This document shows positions 22,144 through 31,686 of a stretch of DNA of 64,000 nucleotides, piece by piece. The stretch comes from Bdellovibrionota bacterium. GTDB taxonomy: Bacteria; Bdellovibrionota_C; UBA2361; CAKMMH01. The position numbers and the translations under genes were made by a program. Numbering within the stretch: the stretch's first letter is position 1; the number at the start of each line of letters is the position of its first letter. Under the pieces are notes generated by a model. That model worked only from the letters and a program-made list of their open reading frames with translations, was not told where the DNA came from and searched no databases. The stretch spans positions 290,835-354,834 of the forward strand of contig JBMNLI010000012.1 of assembly GCA_050952645.1 (NCBI GenBank), given 5' to 3'.

Positions 22144-22595
22144 CGATTCACCTCTTTTATTTATTATTTATTATTTATTATTTATTATTTATTATTTTAT
22201 TTTACACTACTACTTAAATATTATACTTAATTTTAACACTCTACTTTAACACTCTACAACATCTTATATCAAAATATCTTACGCTAAATAACATCTTAAT
22301 ATTAAACATTTTACATTAACTATTTAAACTATATACAAGTTAGCACTACTATTTAAATATATTATTAAATATATTATTAAAAAGATGTATTAAAGAGAAT
22401 TTTTGAAAAACATTACTCATCTTAAAAAAATTATAACAATCAAACTAAAAACTAAACTTAAAATTAAGAAAACTTTTTAATTACTCTATTTAAAAAATTA
22501 TTTATTTTATAAACGCTTAAGATGAATTAAATTGAAAAAATTTAAATTTAAAAAATTATTTACTAAGGTATTTACTTTAGCTTATTTACCTTGGC

Positions 22596-22871
22596 TTATT
22601 TACGTAGACCAAGTTTAGCGATCAACTCTCTATATCTTTCAACGTTTTCATTTCTTAAATATTTTAATAAACTTTTTCGACGAGAAATTAGTTTTAACAT
22701 TCCTCTTTTTGAATGTTCATCTTTTTTATTAGTTTCAAAGTGTGTAGATAAATTTAAAATACGATCAGTTAACAAAGCGATTTGAACTTCTAGAGAACCC
22801 GTATTACTTTCTTGTCCTCCGTATTCTTTAATCAATAATTTTTTTCTCTCAGCAACATCTGCTACACTCAT
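22596..22871 (-). CDS. rpsO: 30S ribosomal protein S15
   Basis: [22 protein letters not shown] and LGLRK. Confidence 0.98.
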   Translation of the reverse strand: MSVADVAERKKLLIKEYGGQESNTGSLEVQIALLTDRILNLSTHFETNKKDEHSKRGMLKLISRRKSLLKYLRNENVERYRELIAKLGLRK

Positions 22872-23055
22872 TTAAAAATCTCCTATAAAATTATTTCTAC
22901 AAAAATCAAGATTAAAATTTAACAGATTATTTTAATAAAGTCAATTAAGTATATTGATTATATACGTTTTGAAAGTAGGTTTTGTTAGAGGTAAAATTTT
23001 TTTAGATAGTTTTGATTTTTTGATAAATATTAAATAATAATTAAAAATAGATTAT

Positions 23056-23106
23056 AAAAAAAGGTAGCTCGAAAGTGGATCTTCCCACTTTCGAGTTTAT
23101 ACCTTT
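23056..23106 (-). terminator. Rho-independent terminator
   Basis: Stem ctcgaaagtgg / ccactttcgag followed by a T-run on the minus strand, after ORF 23129-23518. Confidence 0.8.
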
Positions 23107-23128
23107 GCAAGTTTACGGAAGCTGTTTT

Positions 23129-23518
23129 TTAAGCAGCTGTAACACCTCCAAGGCGTACAACTACTATAGCTCCTTCCTTAAGTTCTTTCCCATCAGGTGT
23201 TCTCCCGGTTTTTCGTATTATTACCAAAATCTGATGGAGAATAACGCGAGGCTGACCCCTACTCGTGGCAACGATATCTAGAATATCGCCATCGTATTCT
23301 TTTCCTTTTAAATTTTTACTCGTATTAGAGTGGTAAATGGCATAGCAATTCTCAGCTACTTTCGTCACGATCGCAAGACAGCCTGCTTTAATTCCATCTT
23401 CTTCGATAGTTCCATTGAAAAAAACGAAAAAAAACTCCTGGCCTTCAGGTAAATTCACTGATACCGCATTATTATCAACAGTATTTTCCATTAAAAACCT
23501 TCTTTCTAAGCTAGTCAA
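23129..23518 (-). CDS. Small hypothetical protein (array member; likely start ATG 23491)
   Basis: ORF followed by its own terminator. Confidence 0.75.
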   Translation of the reverse strand: MTSLERRFLMENTVDNNAVSVNLPEGQEFFFVFFNGTIEEDGIKAGCLAIVTKVAENCYAIYHSNTSKNLKGKEYDGDILDIVATSRGQPRVILHQILVIIRKTGRTPDGKELKEGAIVVVRLGGVTAA

Positions 23519-23661
23519 AGCAAAGTAGTCCCTTTGTAAAAACTAAAGGACTGTTAAAACCGACATAACTTTTTTAGTGTACCTTAAAAACTAATTAAAG
23601 AAAATGGTAAAAATTATAAAAATTTATTTAATCTTCAAATAACGCTTTACGTTCTTTATAT

Positions 23662-23710
23662 AAAAAAAAAGCCTCGGAGCGAAAAAAGGTTTTCCTTTTT
23701 CGCCCGAAGC
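23662..23710 (-). terminator. Rho-independent terminator
   Basis: gcctcggagcgaaaaaagg...cctttttcgcccgaagc with a T9 run on the minus strand. Confidence 0.8.
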
Positions 23711-23729
23711 TTATATAACGATTAGCTTT

Positions 23730-24179
23730 TTAGCTGTTCGAGAGTTTAGCAAGCGTTTCATCACGCCACGCTTTTATTTCATCTTGGTGGGCTTCCTCGG
23801 CTTTTAGTACTTCAGCTTTTTCCATAAGGTGTTTTCCATGGAGTGCTGCATGGAGCCCTACGATTTTTGTATTATCATCACCCCAAAAACAAACGTTCCC
23901 ATTTACGAGGCTTTCGTCGCCATTGCGATCGATACTTTTTTCCCAAATAACTGTAATTTTCCCAGTGTCGCTAATTTTGATGATGTTTTTATCTAGCAAA
24001 TCATCAAAAGAGCTAATATAATCAGTGCCAACAAAGCAGGCTTGAAGTCGACCTTCTTTTTTTAGATAGACTACTTCAGACTTTTTACCAAAAATTGTGG
24101 AGGTTCTGATCGCATCTCCGTACTTTTCAGGAACAAAACAATTTCGAGTAGGAACGCCAAACTTAGCATCTAAAGACAT
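23730..24179 (-). CDS. Small hypothetical protein (array member)
   Basis: AAGGAG RBS; followed by a terminator. Confidence 0.8.
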   Translation of the reverse strand: MSLDAKFGVPTRNCFVPEKYGDAIRTSTIFGKKSEVVYLKKEGRLQACFVGTDYISSFDDLLDKNIIKISDTGKITVIWEKSIDRNGDESLVNGNVCFWGDDNTKIVGLHAALHGKHLMEKAEVLKAEEAHQDEIKAWRDETLAKLSNS

Positions 24180-24221
24180 AGCAGTCTCCTTTTATTTTTA
24201 AAACCTATTTAAGTCGTGCCT

Positions 24222-24257
24222 AAAAAGTTTAAGGATTTTTTATCCTTTAACCTTTTT
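24222..24257. terminator. Possible bidirectional terminator
   Basis: aaaaagtttaaggat...atcctttaaccttttt hairpin. Confidence 0.55.
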
Positions 24258-24326
24258 ACGATAATATCTTATTAATTCTTATTACTAAAGTATAACATAA
24301 GCGAACACTTATGCTTTTAAAGAAAT

Positions 24327-24551
24327 TTAATCTTGAGGAAAAATCTTTTTGATATTTCCTTGGGATATATCCTTTAATTCATCTTCGGTAATAGGTCTTA
24401 CATCGCGTCCTACAAAGCGACGAACGATGTTAGGAATGTTTCTTACGATTTTATCCAAATAAATTTTATTATCTTTTATGGCTAAGCCAAATTCTTCTAA
24501 TTTTTGGGCATTAATTTCACAAATGCCAAACCCCTTCAATAAAAAAAATAC
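24327..24551 (-). pseudogene. Probably 5'-truncated paralogue of 25880-26155
   Basis: KGFGICEINAQKLEEFGLAIKDNKI aligns with KGHGVLTISPEELEEAGLTIREGKI. The frame begins inside the upstream terminator T-run and has no RBS. Confidence 0.6.
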
Positions 24552-24577
24552 TTAGGGAGCAAAATTACTCCCTAAGC
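24541..24577 (-). terminator. Rho-independent terminator (twin of 25307-25342)
   Basis: cttagggag caaaatta ctccctaag plus T-run on the minus strand. Confidence 0.85.
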
Positions 24578-24670
24578 GTTATACATTTATGAACTTTAAG
24601 CTATATAAACTCAAGCTCAAACCAAACCAGAATGATTTAACTATCTTATGCAATTAAGCGATTTTTTAAT

Positions 24671-25176
24671 TTAGACTTTAATAGTATTTGATGCATCTTC
24701 AAGCATTTTGCGATACTTATCGAAGTCTTTAAATGAATATTCGCCAATTGATGAAGTAACTTCGCCTCCTGTAGCTTCTAGAAACATAGTCTGATTGAGT
24801 TCGTTAAGCACCTTTAATCAGGGGTTTCTAAAATCAACTTTCCTGCTTGAGACTCGACATTAACTCTTAATTGTCCAAATTTGCGATTTGGAGCAAAATA
24901 ATCAAGAGATAACCCTACAACTTCAAGCAGTTCAATTGGAATAGCGTACCCAAGAATAGTCCAAACCCATTTTGTAGGGTCTACACTATATAAATAACCT
25001 TCGTCAGCGCTATACCCATTTGAAGTACAACTAATTTGCTCCTCGTTTCGCATAAGATTTAGAGCTTTGATTTTTGCCAATAACTCTTTTTCATCGCCAC
25101 TAAAAAACGGGATATCATCCACTCCCTCTTTGGGTGTTTTATTAGGCGGCTCCGCAATAGTAGGATCATTTTCCAT
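24671..25176 (-). CDS. Hypothetical protein (array member), probably one gene with a 1-bp deletion near 24816
   Basis: ORF 24814-25176 ends ETPD*. Adding one T continues LKVLNELNQTMFLEATGGEV...TIKV* to 24671. Confidence 0.6.
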
Positions 25177-25306
25177 CGTTAGCTCTACTTTCCGTAGTTA
25201 TGGAACCTAAAAAGTAAGAAATTTACACTATAAAACCGATTAAAAATAATTGGTTTCTTTAATGCAAAAACGCCAAATTCACCTATTATCTTTCTAAAAA
25301 TAGATT

Positions 25307-25342
25307 AAAAAAATACTTCGGGAGCAAAATTACTCCCGAAGC
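25307..25342 (-). terminator. Rho-independent terminator
   Basis: cttcgggag caaaatta ctcccgaag plus T-run on the minus strand. Confidence 0.85.
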
Positions 25343-25400
25343 GGACTAGACAAAACCTAAAGTATAGGTCTTACAAACGACTAGTAAATATCAAAGAACG

Positions 25401-25778
25401 TCATTCGCTTTTTTTTTCGTATTCGGCCAAGCAACCTTTAATGGTTTCTTCGTCGACAGTTCGATATAAACGCTTGCCACATAACCCCAAATATTCACAG
25501 GAGTTATTTTCATCGAGAATTTGCAAACACTCATGTTCGTCAAGTCGTAAATTATCCCTACGAAGATCATTTGCTCTTAAAGGAACAACCAAGTAATCTT
25601 TACCTATTCCTTGAGTTAAATGTTTAACAGGGTTAAGACCTTTATAAACACAATCATCCCAAGCCTCTTGATTTAATATAACGATCGACCAATCACTAGG
25701 GGTAATACCATTTTCAGCGGTCGAAAGTCTTTGCTCCCTTAAAAAATCATCGAAACTTTTTTTACTTTTACCACTCAC
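25401..25778 (-). CDS. Small hypothetical protein (array member)
   Basis: GTG start with AAGGA RBS; followed by a terminator. Confidence 0.75.
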   Translation of the reverse strand: MSGKSKKSFDDFLREQRLSTAENGITPSDWSIVILNQEAWDDCVYKGLNPVKHLTQGIGKDYLVVPLRANDLRRDNLRLDEHECLQILDENNSCEYLGLCGKRLYRTVDEETIKGCLAEYEKKSE

Positions 25779-25819
25779 AGCTTTTTATCCTTTACAAGCT
25801 ATATAGATTAACCTTACCT

Positions 25820-25851
25820 AAAAATAAGGGCTGCTATAAAAACAACCCTTA
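25820..25851 (-). terminator. Rho-independent terminator
   Basis: Minus strand reads taagggttgtt-tttat-agcagccctta followed by a T-run. Confidence 0.7.
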
Positions 25852-25879
25852 AATACGCCTAAAATCACGTCATCGATAC

Positions 25880-26155
25880 TTATTGGCTCATTCCGTGTCT
25901 AACACCTCTACGCATTTCGCGGTCTAGGGCATCAAGGTATTCCTCTTTAGTTTTAAACACACGTGCTTCACAACCTAAGAGTCCCTCGTATTTGTATGGA
26001 ATTTTGCCTCCTTTTGCGTTTTTACAAATCTTGCCTTCCCTAATGGTCAGCCCAGCTTCTTCAAGTTCTTCAGGAGAAATTGTAAGAACGCCATGCCCTT
26101 TAACGTAAATACACTTACGCCAATCTGCTTCTTTATTAGCAACTACTTTACTCAT
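25880..26155 (-). CDS. Small hypothetical protein (array member)
   Basis: AAGGA RBS; paralogue at 24327. Confidence 0.8.
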   Translation of the reverse strand: MSKVVANKEADWRKCIYVKGHGVLTISPEELEEAGLTIREGKICKNAKGGKIPYKYEGLLGCEARVFKTKEEYLDALDREMRRGVRHGMSQ

Positions 26156-26398
26156 AGTCTTATTCCTTATTTTAAGGATGACCTAGAAACAAAAATTTCA
26201 CACCAAAGAGCAGCTTATAAAAGCCAAACTTTTAGTGTAAAAACCATAAAACGACATTTTATTTTACTAGAGAAATAAACTTTTAGCAACGAAAATAAAA
26301 CTAACTATACTTAGGTTTTTTAGACCTTAGTTTTTTTAAAGCCTTGTTTTTCTAAGCATTGCTTTTCTTTATCTTAGTTTCTTAAAATATTTACTTCT

Positions 26399-27964
26399 CT
26401 AAAATAACTTCTCTAAAATAAATGTCTCTCCACCATCGGTAACTGCTGCATAAACAAGAACATCGTTAACGCGCCACTCTACCTTAAAAGAGCTTGAAAT
26501 ACAAAGACAATCATTAATATCATCTACTTTTAATTTATTAGTAGAAGCCTTACTAGGTTCATCAAAGATTAAATCTTCACCTAAATAAACGCCGTATTCG
26601 TTAATTTGAAAATTCGTAAGAAAATAGAAATTTCCTAATTTCCCTTGAAGTGGCGCTCTTATAGCCCTAGTATGTCCATTTACCTCAAAATCTTGAAGCG
26701 AAACGATGTTTCTTAGCTGCAACGCTGGAAGCGCAATCCTAATAGTTTTAAGCTCATCACTAAAAGATTTTTCATTTTTAGATAAAAAATCTTTAGTAAT
26801 AAAAAACTCAACTTTTCTACCCTTCCCAAATTCTTTACTCACGTCGATTTTTAGCGTTTCCCTATCATCAGAAAAACAGCCTAACACTTCGCCAACAACG
26901 TAGTGTGTTTTAGAAACGGTGCCATCTTGATTGTAGAAAAGACATATTTCTTCTAACTTATCAAAACGTTTATCCCATACACGACCAGCGTAAATAGTGC
27001 TATAGCCTTGCGTCTTACTAGTAGATGAAAAAACATCTTTAGTAATATTAAACAAGCGTTTAAACTCAGCGTTCGCCTCACTTAAAGACACGAACTCTAA
27101 GCCTGCTATTTTATTGCTGCTGCCTTGTGCCTCATCTGAAATGATCTTAGTTTCAATAGCGACATATTCGCTTATTCGTGGAATAAACGACGAATAAAAA
27201 TCGTTAGTCCCGAGCGATAAATATTTGTTGACGCTATTTACAACTTCTATCTTTCCGCTACTTTTAATAAAAGCAAGTGCAGGAAGCATTGAAACTGCCG
27301 ACGAACCTCTTTGATAATTCATAAGAAAGTTATGAGTAAACACATCTTTTGAAAACGTGTTTAATTTATCGATAGGAGTAGCTTTCTTTAAAAAAGAACC
27401 ATCAGAGGTGCTATAAATAACAGTTTCACTCTCTTTTTCAAACTGAGTAGTATACTTTCTACGAAGTTTTTCCGTTAATGGTAAAATTTCTTTTGTAGAA
27501 CCACTCTCAACGTAGGGAGTTAGCTTACTGCTAAACCCACACTTATCGGCAAACTCTTTAGCTTCTTTAGTCCAAAGATTTTTAGGACTTCCTAAAGCAT
27601 CTTCATTCAAAGAAGTAGAAGATGAAAAAGTAGAAGATAAAGGCGAAGATGAAGATAAAGACGCATCGGGCATTGCACCTAAGCTAAGTCGCCTTGGTTT
27701 AAAGCCAAATACTGCCTCACCTAACCTCAAACTTTCTTTAGTGTTAGCGTTAGCAGTGTCAGCACTAGTAGTGCTAGCGTTAGGTTCACTTTGCCTACAA
27801 GTCGTAGGGCTAGAAGTTTCCTCTACATTAACACCAAACATGGCTACATCATTAGCAAAAGTCGTAGCAAAACCTAAAAAAAACAGAGTAATACACAAAG
27901 ATGCGATAAAATTTTTCTTAATCATCGCACTTTGCCTCCTTTCTTTTCTTTTTCCTTTTATCAA
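26399..27964 (-). CDS. Hypothetical exported protein
   Basis: Signal peptide from MIKKNFIASLC..., then Ser/Thr-rich linker. Confidence 0.75.
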   Translation of the reverse strand: MIKGKRKERRQSAMIKKNFIASLCITLFFLGFATTFANDVAMFGVNVEETSSPTTCRQSEPNASTTSADTANANTKESLRLGEAVFGFKPRRLSLGAMPDASLSSSSPLSSTFSSSTSLNEDALGSPKNLWTKEAKEFADKCGFSSKLTPYVESGSTKEILPLTEKLRRKYTTQFEKESETVIYSTSDGSFLKKATPIDKLNTFSKDVFTHNFLMNYQRGSSAVSMLPALAFIKSSGKIEVVNSVNKYLSLGTNDFYSSFIPRISEYVAIETKIISDEAQGSSNKIAGLEFVSLSEANAEFKRLFNITKDVFSSTSKTQGYSTIYAGRVWDKRFDKLEEICLFYNQDGTVSKTHYVVGEVLGCFSDDRETLKIDVSKEFGKGRKVEFFITKDFLSKNEKSFSDELKTIRIALPALQLRNIVSLQDFEVNGHTRAIRAPLQGKLGNFYFLTNFQINEYGVYLGEDLIFDEPSKASTNKLKVDDINDCLCISSSFKVEWRVNDVLVYAAVTDGGETFILEKLF

Positions 27965-28146
27965 GGAAAATTAACCTAAATAGAACTTAGTTTAAAAAAT
28001 ACATAAACTAAAGTTCTATAAAAAAACATACATCTAATTATACTATAATATTTTAAAATATTTTGCAAAGGAAATTTAAGCTTATTTTATAGATAATTTA
28101 CTAGATAATTATAGATATACTCGTTTAAAAATATAGTTTTATCCCA

Positions 28147-29904
28147 TTAGATTAAGAATAAAAACATTATAAATAAAATAACTAAAAAAAGCGTAATACC
28201 AATAGGAGCTTTTCTTTCATTAAATTTACTAGAAATATTATTAAACCCTCTACCTATACTACTTCCTATACTAAGAAGCTTTTTATAAGATATACTATTT
28301 AAAGATTCTAAACCTTTATCTATAGTGGCGTTAGTTTTTTTAAATAATTTCCTATAAAAATAATCGACATCGATAGTTATCTTATCTCGTTCTTTGTGGT
28401 AAATATTATATTTCTTACAAATATATAAAGAAAGAGTAGCAAAAAATAAGATCTCTAATTGTGTAAGAATGTGAAAACTCGTGTAAGGATTATAAACACT
28501 TTCAAAAGGTAAAATATCATAAAGCATTCGATTAGGAAAAAGCCCGATAGCTACACAAAGCAAAGAAAGCAAACCCATCGATACATACATACAAATAGGA
28601 AGTTTCTTGCTGCCATCTTCTAAATTGCAAACATCATCTTCATTATCCTTATTGTTTTTGTTATCTGCAAAATTATCTTTAAAAAAAGCGCAATACGGCA
28701 CCTTAAAATACTTTACGACTGCCGCGCTTCCTATAAGCAAAAACACCCAAACTAGAGTTAAATTATTTTCAAGTGCACTAGAAAGAATCATTGGTTTTGC
28801 TACAAATCCACTAAACATAGGAAAGGCAGCGATAGAAAGCGAACCTATAACGGCAAAAATAGTAAGAAGTGGCACTTTCTTATAAAGTCCGCCTAGCTTA
28901 GAAGCCTTGCAAGTGCCATACTTATAAAGAAGCGCTCCTGTTACCATAAAAAGTAGCGACTTGTATAAAACGTGAACAAACACCTGCGAAATAGCCCCAC
29001 TTAGCGATAAATCGCTCCCTATTCCTATCCCTACAACTATAAAGCCTAATTGATTTATTAAGCTATAAGATAAAACCTTTCTTAAATCGTTTTCTAAAAC
29101 TGCAAAAAAAACTGGCACTATCACCATAACTATTCCAATATAAATTAAGGCTTCCACTCCTAAAAAACACCTAATAAGAGCATACATAGCGACTTTTGTA
29201 GTAAGAGAAGATAAAAACACAGCGCCAACTATACTAGCTTTATGATATGCGTCGGTTATCCAAGTATGAAGCAAAGGAAACCCCGCATTGACTCCTATTC
29301 CTAAAAATATTAAATACGTAGAAAGTGAATTTAAACTTAACTTTCTTATAGAAAGCGATGGAGACTCGCTATATAAAAGCAAAATTCCACATAGCAAAAC
29401 AAGCCCACCTATTATATGAAAAATTAAATATCTAAACGATGCTTTTTTGCTTTCTTTATGTTCTCCTAAATATATGAATATAACTGCACCGAAAGTTAAA
29501 AGTTCCCAAAAAATATAAAAAGAAAGAAAATCTCCAGCAAAAATAACTCCTAAACTAGCCCCTATGTAAAAAAGCCCAGCTCCAATTTCTATGCTATTTT
29601 TAACGTAGCTAGAATAAATTAGTGCAAAAATGGCAAACAAATGAAAAAGAAAGGCAAAAATTAGCGTTATATTATCGTATACGAAAGGCTCTATATTAAA
29701 ACCTAAAATATTAAAACTTAAGATACGCCCATTAAATACATTATCCGACGTAAATTTTACAATAGAAAAAATGCTTGCAATAGGCACTAATAAAGAAAAA
29801 TTCGTTCTAAGATTTCCCTTTAAAAAGCTAGTTATAATTCCACCTATTATAAAAATAATCGATGGCATTAGAAAAAAATTAAAATAAATATTACTGCTTA
29901 TCAT
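28147..29904 (-). CDS. mrpD: Mrp antiporter D/A-like subunit (proton-conducting membrane subunit)
   Basis: WELL, PLLHTWITDAY, LSYSLINQLG and HVLYKSLLF motifs. Confidence 0.9.
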   Translation of the reverse strand: MISSNIYFNFFLMPSIIFIIGGIITSFLKGNLRTNFSLLVPIASIFSIVKFTSDNVFNGRILSFNILGFNIEPFVYDNITLIFAFLFHLFAIFALIYSSYVKNSIEIGAGLFYIGASLGVIFAGDFLSFYIFWELLTFGAVIFIYLGEHKESKKASFRYLIFHIIGGLVLLCGILLLYSESPSLSIRKLSLNSLSTYLIFLGIGVNAGFPLLHTWITDAYHKASIVGAVFLSSLTTKVAMYALIRCFLGVEALIYIGIVMVIVPVFFAVLENDLRKVLSYSLINQLGFIVVGIGIGSDLSLSGAISQVFVHVLYKSLLFMVTGALLYKYGTCKASKLGGLYKKVPLLTIFAVIGSLSIAAFPMFSGFVAKPMILSSALENNLTLVWVFLLIGSAAVVKYFKVPYCAFFKDNFADNKNNKDNEDDVCNLEDGSKKLPICMYVSMGLLSLLCVAIGLFPNRMLYDILPFESVYNPYTSFHILTQLEILFFATLSLYICKKYNIYHKERDKITIDVDYFYRKLFKKTNATIDKGLESLNSISYKKLLSIGSSIGRGFNNISSKFNERKAPIGITLFLVILFIMFLFLI

Positions 29905-30106
29905 AAAAATCTTTATCCTTTAAGATTAGTTTACCTAATAAATTAGCAGACAATACGTAAAAAAATGTTGCTAAAAAACCAACCACTCCAAATAGTGCAA
30001 AGTGTTTTTCAATATTAAAATGCACACTCGACTTATCTATAAAAAACTCAAGCACTAAAAGTACTAAACAAATTATGTATAATAAATATGTTAAAAATTT
30101 TTTCAT
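29891..30106 (-). CDS. Small two-TM protein of the mrp operon
   Basis: Two hydrophobic helices; overlaps the downstream subunit. Confidence 0.75.
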   Translation of the reverse strand: MKKFLTYLLYIICLVLLVLEFFIDKSSVHFNIEKHFALFGVVGFLATFFYVLSANLLGKLILKDKDFYDKQ

Positions 30107-30126
30107 TATTTGCCTTTTTAAAAAAA

Positions 30127-31680
30127 CTAAAAATGCTTAACTACCATCTGATAAACTGCCTGAAAAGTAATATTAGTTACTAAATCTGAATAGAAAAATA
30201 GTAGTAGTGAGATAAGCGTAGTCGCTACTATCGAAAACATACATAGCATTGGAACTTTCCTAATTAAAGGACTCTCTTTAACTTCCTTCTTACTACTGTT
30301 ATCACTAGACTTATCACTGCTTTTATCAAATTCAAAAGCTTTAAATAGTATTGGAAACAAATATATAAGAGCTAAAAATGAGCTTACTAGATAAACGATA
30401 AGAAACGCTATCTTGTTTTCCCAAAGCATCCCCTCTAAAAGCATATACTTTGCTAAAAATCCTCCTGACGGTGGAAGCCCAACTAACGCAAGGCTCGCTA
30501 TAAAAAAGCATATAAACGTTATAGGCATTTTGTAGCCAAGTCCTCCTATTTCGCTAAGGCGTTCCTTCCCAGTTGAAACTAAAATAACTCCTACAATAAA
30601 AAATAAAGTTATTTTAGCAAATGCGTGAGACACTAAATAAAAAAGCGCACCACTAATCGCATAAGGATTTAGTGCAAAAATTCCAAGCAAAACATACGAA
30701 AGCTGACTTATAGTCGAATAGGCTAGCCTTTTTTTTAAATTATCTTGATTTAATGCCATCAACGCTCCAAGTATGATGGTAATGCTTACTACTGTGCAGA
30801 AAATAAGACTTATGCTTACTGTGCCTAACTTTTGAGTTTTTAAAAACTCCGTGCCAAAGATAAAAGCTACTACTCTGTAAATAGAAAACACTCCAGATTT
30901 AACTACTGCCACAGCGTGTAAAAGAGCACTTACAGGCGTAGGAGCAACCATGGCATTTGGAAGCCAAGCATGCATTGGCATTACGGCTGCCTTTGCAAAA
31001 CCAAAAAGAAACATCGATAAAAGCACAAAAATTTCTAGCGATGAAAAATTTGCATTAGCTAAAATTCCATTTGCAGTAAAATCTAGAGTGCCAGTTTTTA
31101 AATATATATAAACTATAGCAGGTAGCACTAGCCCTATGGAACCTCCTAAAATATAGCCTAGATATTTTCTTCCAGAAACCATGGAAGCCTTATCTTGGTG
31201 ATGGGTAACTAAAGGATAAGTGCTTATAGATAATATTTCATAAAAAATAAATAGCGTTAATAAATTTTTTGAAAAACATATTCCGATTGAGGCAAAAATA
31301 GCTAGTGCAAAAAATGAATAAAACCTATTTTGTGAGCGTTCTTTTAACGTTCGCATATAGCCAATAGAATAAATGCTAGTTAAAGTCCATAAAATACTGA
31401 TAATCATAAAAAATATCGTGCCACTAGCATCAAACAAAAAAGAGAGCCTTCCATTTTTTAATAACTCGAAAAGGTCGGTAGTATAGATAAAATTAGAACT
31501 AGTCGTTTGGTAAAATAGTATGCTAATAAGAGTTAACATAAACCCTGTAAATACCATAAAAAAATCTCTCATAATTTTAAGTTTTCTAAATATATAAATG
31601 CATGCTATTAAAATAATTGGATATATAAAGATACTTAAAGGATATAATGAATTTACTACGATACTGTTTTCTGCATACAT
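30127..31680 (-). CDS. mrpD: Mrp antiporter subunit D family
   Basis: FYEIL, PMHAWLPNAMVAPTPVSALLHAVAVVK and LAYSTISQL. Confidence 0.92.
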   Translation of the reverse strand: MYAENSIVVNSLYPLSIFIYPIILIACIYIFRKLKIMRDFFMVFTGFMLTLISILFYQTTSSNFIYTTDLFELLKNGRLSFLFDASGTIFFMIISILWTLTSIYSIGYMRTLKERSQNRFYSFFALAIFASIGICFSKNLLTLFIFYEILSISTYPLVTHHQDKASMVSGRKYLGYILGGSIGLVLPAIVYIYLKTGTLDFTANGILANANFSSLEIFVLLSMFLFGFAKAAVMPMHAWLPNAMVAPTPVSALLHAVAVVKSGVFSIYRVVAFIFGTEFLKTQKLGTVSISLIFCTVVSITIILGALMALNQDNLKKRLAYSTISQLSYVLLGIFALNPYAISGALFYLVSHAFAKITLFFIVGVILVSTGKERLSEIGGLGYKMPITFICFFIASLALVGLPPSGGFLAKYMLLEGMLWENKIAFLIVYLVSSFLALIYLFPILFKAFEFDKSSDKSSDNSSKKEVKESPLIRKVPMLCMFSIVATTLISLLLFFYSDLVTNITFQAVYQMVVKHF

Positions 31681-31686
31681 ATAAAA

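Noticed and set aside
22155..22590. ncRNA in the rpsO-pnp gap
   Set aside because: Only low-complexity ttattat-type microsatellites; no stable fold seen.
23043..26280. Integron cassette array
   Set aside because: The intergenic hairpins have T-tails and lack RYYYAAC/GTTRRRY attC boxes; no integrase is nearby.
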